From Lentisphaerota bacterium (GTDB lineage: Bacteria > Verrucomicrobiota > Lentisphaeria > Victivallales > UBA1829): a stretch of DNA of 64,000 nucleotides. Where the stretch lies: the NCBI GenBank assembly GCA_015061845.1, contig SUVT01000001.1, positions 10,953-74,952 of the forward strand. The letters run 5' to 3'. The position numbers were made by a program, and so were the translations under genes. Positions 59,128 to 64,000 of this stretch are shown here, one piece after another (position 1 is the stretch's first letter; the number at the start of each line of letters is the position of its first letter). The notes below the pieces were generated by a model. That model was not told the DNA's origin. It did not search any database and saw only the letters and a program-made list of their open reading frames with translations.

Positions 59128-61986
59128 GTGAAACGACTATTCATTTCAGCAGCAATTCTGGCAATTTCTGCATTGAACGCAGCAGAATTTTATCTTGTGC
59201 GTGATTCCAAACCGACAGCACAAATTCAAATCGGGAACGATCTTGACAAGGCAAGTCTGGAACAGATCGATCTTTTCAATACATATTTGAAAAAAATTAC
59301 CGGTTCCGCCCTGCCCAAAAACGGGAAAGCCCTGCCCTATACCATTCAGATCGTCATTGATAAGAATGTAAAACTGGGAAAACATCATGACTGGAAAATC
59401 GAATTTCCGTCTGAGAAAGTAATGAAGATCACAGCTTCTCAGCACTCCATTTTCCAGGCTTTGAACATGCTGTTGGAAAAAGGAGCTGACACCCGTTTCC
59501 TCGGTGCAGAAAAATGTATGTTCCAGTATGAACCCAGAAAGCATGTCTCGGTTGAAACGAAGATGATGAAGTCTGCGGAAGGCTACTCTCTGCATCGCAG
59601 TATCTGGTATCAGGCAAATCATAACATCGAACTTGGGATTTATGACAAAGCCGGATTCCAGCACGGTCACGGGCTCCCGGTTTACGCTTTCCCGGCGCAC
59701 AAATACAAAAAAGGCTGGCCCGAAGCGATCATGCCTGTTTTGCGCGGAAAGAAACTTGTCAAACCGGCAAGTCTCTACAACAGATGGCAGCCTTGCTATT
59801 CCAATCCGAAAACAGCAAAGGAAGCTGCAAAAAACATTCTTGAGATCCTGAAAAACAATCCGCAGCCGTCCATCACTCTCGGCTGCAATGACAATGGAGG
59901 ATTCTGCCAATGCAAAGACTGCCTTGAGATGGATAAAGGGCTCCGCCGCAGCATTTTTATCAATGACAAATCCAACCACTCTCACAGCTATTATACATTC
60001 GTTAACAGAGTCGCTGAGATCGTCTGCAAAGAATATCCTGATTTGAAGATCGGACTTCTTGCCTACACCGGAACCATTATGCCGCCGGCGTTCCCGGTTC
60101 ATAAAAATGTTGTACCGGTCATGACACTTGACTCTGTTCTCAGTGCCTTTGATCCTGCCGTCAAAAAAAGACATTACGGTGTGATCAAAGAGTGGGGTGA
60201 AAAGGTTCCCAATACAGGTATCTGGGATTACTCCTGGGGCAGAAATTATATCATTCCCCGGGTCAACTTCAAGAATCATGCCGCTTTGCTGAAATATCTT
60301 TATGCCAACGGCGGACGCTCCTACTTTGCGGAAAACCGTATGATGGATATGCTCGACGGACCGAAATTCTATCTCGTCAGCCGTCTGTTGAAAGATATCA
60401 ATGCTGATCCCGATCAGATCCTGGAAGAGTGGTACATCCGTTTTGCCGGAAAAGATGCCGCACCTCATCTGAAAAAGATTTATCAGCTGTCTGAAAATTA
60501 CTGGCTCTCTGCAGAAATGAAAAAAACTCCGATTTACCGCGCACGGAATTATATTTATGCCTATGCCAACGAAAACCACATGTTCGCACTGAAACCGGGT
60601 TTTACCAAACAGCTGGTCGATCTTGCGATCAAGGTGAATGAACTTGCCAAAACACCCGGTGAAAAAGCCCGCGCCGCTCTGCTGCTCCGCCACATGGAAA
60701 ATGTCGACTGTGAAGCATCTTTCAAAGGAATGGCATACCGTGCATCCGACAACGGCGAATTCCGTACTGTCAAAGATACTATTGCATACTTCAATTTCCT
60801 GAAGAGTGATATGCCCCGTCTTCTTGCTCAGCACAAACGGGCAACTGCATACTTCACCAATCCGGATTTCGGTAAAGAGTTGCAGAATGTTTATATCAAA
60901 CGCAGAATGTATGAAACCGATGAAAGCGTTCTGATCACCGCCGGTCTGTTGAAATCCATACGCTATCTTGAGTCCAAAGAAGTGCTGAAAAGCCTGAAAA
61001 CTTTGGAGAGCATCCCCGGACTTCCGAAAAATGTGAAAGATATGATCGGTCTCATCACACTGGGAGACAAGGCGAAAAACCATTTCTGCAACCCCGGTTT
61101 GACTAAGCCGGTGTCAACGATGAGGATCAAAACTTCTGTTCCTTATGAGATCACCGATAAAGTTCTCTGCAACGGACAGAAGACACTCAAACTCATGCCT
61201 GCACAGCCCAAAGGGGTGCCGAATCCCGATGATAACATGCTCAGCCATGTTGTCTCCTTTACGATCACAGAAGATCTCAAGCCGGGGATCTGGGCTGTTT
61301 CCATGAAGGTGAAAACTCCGTCAAAACAGGCGATCATGGATCTTTCTCTCTGGCCCTGTGTCGATGGCAGAAACAAAAATTGGGAAGATTTGCGTCAGAT
61401 CAAGATCCCTGCAAACCAGTGGCAGGTCTTTACGCAAGTCGTAACGGTCAGAGTCGTCCACACCGGAGCCAATATCATTATCCGTCCTTCCAATTTCAAG
61501 AAAGATGAACCGCTTTACATCGGTGACATTCGTTTGATCCGCATCGGCGATGCCGCTGTCAGCAAAGAAGAGGCAAAACGGAATTACACTGCAACTAAAA
61601 TAAAAAGAAGAGGTGGCTCCGTCATGGGCGAACTTTTTGGCAAAAAAGCTGTGATCAATAAAAGTCCGAAAGGACAGGTGCAGTTTGCCCATGTTCAGTT
61701 CCGCTGGTATGGCACCTCCCTGAACGTGACAGTGAGTGCCGCGCGTCCGGCAGACAGCAAATCCGGACAGATCGGCATAGGGATCTGTGAATTGCAGGAC
61801 GGTAAATGGGTCCCGAAATCCACTCCTTTGTGGAACAGAAAACTTTCCAATAAGGGCTTTGAACAGATCAAGGTCAAAGTCAGTGGAAAAGGTATGAAAA
61901 TCGGTGCCAAATATCTGATGATCTTCTACAAGATGAACGGAACAGAAGCCGCCGCGATTTCCGATGTGACCATTGAATACAAGTAA
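59128..61986 (+). CDS. Secreted DUF4838-type putative glycoside hydrolase with C-terminal CBM-like domains
   Basis: Signal peptide; YLKKITG, QPCYSNP, NDNGGFCQCKDC, LLAY. Confidence 0.72.
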   Translation: MKRLFISAAILAISALNAAEFYLVRDSKPTAQIQIGNDLDKASLEQIDLFNTYLKKITGSALPKNGKALPYTIQIVIDKNVKLGKHHDWKIEFPSEKVMKITASQHSIFQALNMLLEKGADTRFLGAEKCMFQYEPRKHVSVETKMMKSAEGYSLHRSIWYQANHNIELGIYDKAGFQHGHGLPVYAFPAHKYKKGWPEAIMPVLRGKKLVKPASLYNRWQPCYSNPKTAKEAAKNILEILKNNPQPSITLGCNDNGGFCQCKDCLEMDKGLRRSIFINDKSNHSHSYYTFVNRVAEIVCKEYPDLKIGLLAYTGTIMPPAFPVHKNVVPVMTLDSVLSAFDPAVKKRHYGVIKEWGEKVPNTGIWDYSWGRNYIIPRVNFKNHAALLKYLYANGGRSYFAENRMMDMLDGPKFYLVSRLLKDINADPDQILEEWYIRFAGKDAAPHLKKIYQLSENYWLSAEMKKTPIYRARNYIYAYANENHMFALKPGFTKQLVDLAIKVNELAKTPGEKARAALLLRHMENVDCEASFKGMAYRASDNGEFRTVKDTIAYFNFLKSDMPRLLAQHKRATAYFTNPDFGKELQNVYIKRRMYETDESVLITAGLLKSIRYLESKEVLKSLKTLESIPGLPKNVKDMIGLITLGDKAKNHFCNPGLTKPVSTMRIKTSVPYEITDKVLCNGQKTLKLMPAQPKGVPNPDDNMLSHVVSFTITEDLKPGIWAVSMKVKTPSKQAIMDLSLWPCVDGRNKNWEDLRQIKIPANQWQVFTQVVTVRVVHTGANIIIRPSNFKKDEPLYIGDIRLIRIGDAAVSKEEAKRNYTATKIKRRGGSVMGELFGKKAVINKSPKGQVQFAHVQFRWYGTSLNVTVSAARPADSKSGQIGIGICELQDGKWVPKSTPLWNRKLSNKGFEQIKVKVSGKGMKIGAKYLMIFYKMNGTEAAAISDVTIEYK

Positions 61987-62016
61987 GCGAAAACATTTTG
62001 TTTTTCAAGCTGAAAG

Positions 62017-62066
62017 AAAAGCAGATCTCCCGTACGAAAAACCATCGTCGGGAGATCTGCTTTTTT
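62017..62066. terminator. Bidirectional intrinsic terminator between convergent operons
   Basis: AAAAGCAGATCTCCC-18nt-GGGAGATCTGCTTTTTT. Confidence 0.85.
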
Positions 62067-62114
62067 ATTGACCGGAACGGAATTGCAGATCCGCTCCGGC
62101 GTTATTGATCCGGC

Positions 62115-62735
62115 TTATTCTTTGACCTCTTTCAGGACGATATCATCGATATAATAGCCGCCCTTGGAGCCGTAGTGAGCAAGTGCCCCTTGCTTTACAT
62201 CAGCGATGCCTTTGCCGATTTCAACGACCTTCTTGTACTGTTTCCACTGGTCAGGGCTGTTTGCAGTGATGAAACAAACCACTCTGGAGGTGATATGTCT
62301 GCCGATTTTCCCTGTGGTGGGATTAATCCCGTACAGGTAGGTGACAAATCCGAATTTTCCAGTGCCTTTGTACCAGAAGGAGATTTCATATTTTCCGGGT
62401 TTGACATTGCAGCTGCTTGCAAAGTGTCCGTTCATCTCTTCAAAATAAAGAGCATTTTTTCCGCCGTGGACATTTTCTTTATTTTCGCCTTTTTCGCCGA
62501 CAGTGATGACACGGAGTTTGCCTTTTCCGCCGTTCAGAAGCCAATTTTTCGGAAGAGTTACAACAGGCCCTGCCCCGAGATCCCAACCGTTCCGGATCTG
62601 ACCGATCAGATACTTACTGGTCGCTTTTGCACTCTTTTCAATAGATTCAAAATCTCCATTCGGAACCAGATTTTCCTGTGCAAAAAGTCCGAACATCATA
62701 GCTGCTGCCGCAAATCCTGCAATAAGTTTTTTCAT
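62115..62735 (-). CDS. Secreted CBM4/9-like protein (similar to 43705..44274)
   Basis: Signal peptide, NLVPNGDFE, YEISFWYKG, YIDD. Confidence 0.75.
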   Translation of the reverse strand: MKKLIAGFAAAAMMFGLFAQENLVPNGDFESIEKSAKATSKYLIGQIRNGWDLGAGPVVTLPKNWLLNGGKGKLRVITVGEKGENKENVHGGKNALYFEEMNGHFASSCNVKPGKYEISFWYKGTGKFGFVTYLYGINPTTGKIGRHITSRVVCFITANSPDQWKQYKKVVEIGKGIADVKQGALAHYGSKGGYYIDDIVLKEVKE

Positions 62736-62751
62736 TTTTCTTTCTCCTTGA

Positions 62752-64000
62752 TTATTTTACAGTAAAGGCAGTTTCAGAGGAAAGTCCGCTGACAACGTCA
62801 CGGACAGATACTTTCCATGTTCCTGTTTTATCGTTGTATGCAGGAACGAAACGGGCGCTGTTTGTTGTGACACGCTGAACATCAGCAACTTTTCCATCAG
62901 GATCGGTAATGGTCACGATCGCAGTGTTATCCACATTGGAAAGACGGAATTCAACTGCTTCGCCGCGGGTCACACGGCTGAACATCCCTTTCACAGAAAC
63001 GCCGGGAACCCTGGCAAGTTCTTCTTTGCAGGCAAAGACTCTGCCGACTGCTGGCTCAAGTTCCACGGTGAACTCTTTGATTTTGCCAAGATATTTCTTG
63101 TTCATAATGTCATAGACATGCATAGGTTTGAGCAGAGTGACCTTTCTGGTGAAAGAACCGCCGACAGCAGTATTTGCACTTGCTCCGCCTTCAGCACCAA
63201 CGGCACTGACCCGCTTTTCCCCCTCAACAGAACGCTGCGCCAGCATACAAACATAGGTGGTGTTCTTGAAGTCAAAGAGGGCAACTTCACGGATCTTGTC
63301 ATCGCTGTCGATCACGCTTGCAAAGGGCTTGACACCGGCTTTGCTCAAGATCCGGAGGATTCCATTCTGGATTCCGGATGCCTGATTTTTCATGATTCTG
63401 GCATTGACACCGCTGAGGTAGTCATCAAGATAGACAGCATACCCTTTTCCGTAACGGTTGATATTCATCTTTTTGAACTTGCCGAAGACATCTGCAAGCT
63501 GGCTCTTGTCAAGCCATCTGCCGTGCTGATTGGCAAATGCAGGATTGTGGTCAGCAATCAACATTCCGCCGCGTTTGACGAACTGACGGAGATTTTCCAC
63601 TTCTTTCGGACTCATTGCCTGAGAGTAAGGCAGGAAGATGACCCTGGTCTTTGCAGGGACACCTTTTTCCAGTTCCGGCGGGGAGATGTAACGATATCCC
63701 AGTCCGAGGCTTCCCAGCAACCCCTGCAAGTCAGTGTGGGAGATCTCCCATGTACTCTTGTCAGGATAAAGAGTGGAAGCATGCAAACTGTTATTGGAAT
63801 AATGCACAAGGATTTGATCATCACGCAGTTGTGAATTTATCAGCAGTTTACCGACACCGCTTTCTTTGATGAGAGTGACTTCTTCGGCAGCTTTTGTGAA
63901 CTGACGGAGCATCCGCAGGTCGGGACCGTTGATTCCGCTGGTGGTAAATCCGCCGACACCGGTGGGAGCACCACTGAACCAGTAGAAAGCACCGCCCAGA
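62752..64000 (-). CDS. GH42-like protein, C-terminal trimerisation/Ig part (5' end outside window)
   Basis: Frame stays open to the window edge; FVKRGGMLIAD, YGKG, PAYNDKTGTW resemble the C-terminus of 35838..39140. Confidence 0.7.
   Translation of the reverse strand, partial: LGGAFYWFSGAPTGVGGFTTSGINGPDLRMLRQFTKAAEEVTLIKESGVGKLLINSQLRDDQILVHYSNNSLHASTLYPDKSTWEISHTDLQGLLGSLGLGYRYISPPELEKGVPAKTRVIFLPYSQAMSPKEVENLRQFVKRGGMLIADHNPAFANQHGRWLDKSQLADVFGKFKKMNINRYGKGYAVYLDDYLSGVNARIMKNQASGIQNGILRILSKAGVKPFASVIDSDDKIREVALFDFKNTTYVCMLAQRSVEGEKRVSAVGAEGGASANTAVGGSFTRKVTLLKPMHVYDIMNKKYLGKIKEFTVELEPAVGRVFACKEELARVPGVSVKGMFSRVTRGEAVEFRLSNVDNTAIVTITDPDGKVADVQRVTTNSARFVPAYNDKTGTWKVSVRDVVSGLSSETAFTVK

Noticed and set aside
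59146-61083. 645-aa antisense ORF
   Set aside because: Shadow of the DUF4838-type gene; no recognisable features
40291-62072. Shared GCTTTTTTATTGAC after two terminators
   Set aside because: Short and largely the U-tract itself; plausibly coincidental
1-64000. CRISPR arrays, tRNA, rRNA
   Set aside because: No regularly spaced repeats or recognisable RNA genes seen; intergenic spaces are short and otherwise explained

Overview
Bacterial chromosomal window, most likely from a Lentisphaerota (Victivallales/Lentisphaeria-like) genome. This is inferred from the multiple '[24 protein letters not shown]' prepilin-type genes with H-X9-DG-like motifs, the GntR-HTH/LacI-sensor hybrid regulators and the many secreted CAZyme-like proteins. 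The left half (1-~32.1 kb, all minus strand) is a >30 kb surface-polysaccharide operon headed by an RfaH/UpxY-like NusG paralogue. It encodes nucleotide-sugar enzymes, a Wzm/Wzt exporter, about 10 glycosyltransferases and a very rich set of modifying enzymes (two pyruvyltransferase fusions, LicD, radical SAM, three acyl/acetyltransferases, SGNH, deacetylase). The right half (~32.2-64 kb) holds three repeats of a module: GntR/LacI regulator, then a pseudopilin-like gene, then secreted glycan-binding/degrading proteins, with no SusC/SusD or ABC importer. The most notable signals are: (i) this pilin-centred PUL-like architecture; (ii) a prepilin remnant carrying a 168-bp in-frame, hairpin-rich insertion bounded by a duplicated FTLIELLV coding sequence; (iii) a GT4 split into two genes with a deacetylase gene between the halves; (iv) a 55-bp duplication of a GH4 3' end flanking an IS256 remnant plus cargo gene; (v) an ops-like element just upstream of the NusG paralogue; (vi) strong over-representation of the palindrome TCCGGA. 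I saw no rRNA, tRNA or CRISPR array. All family assignments come from motif recognition by eye, not database searches.
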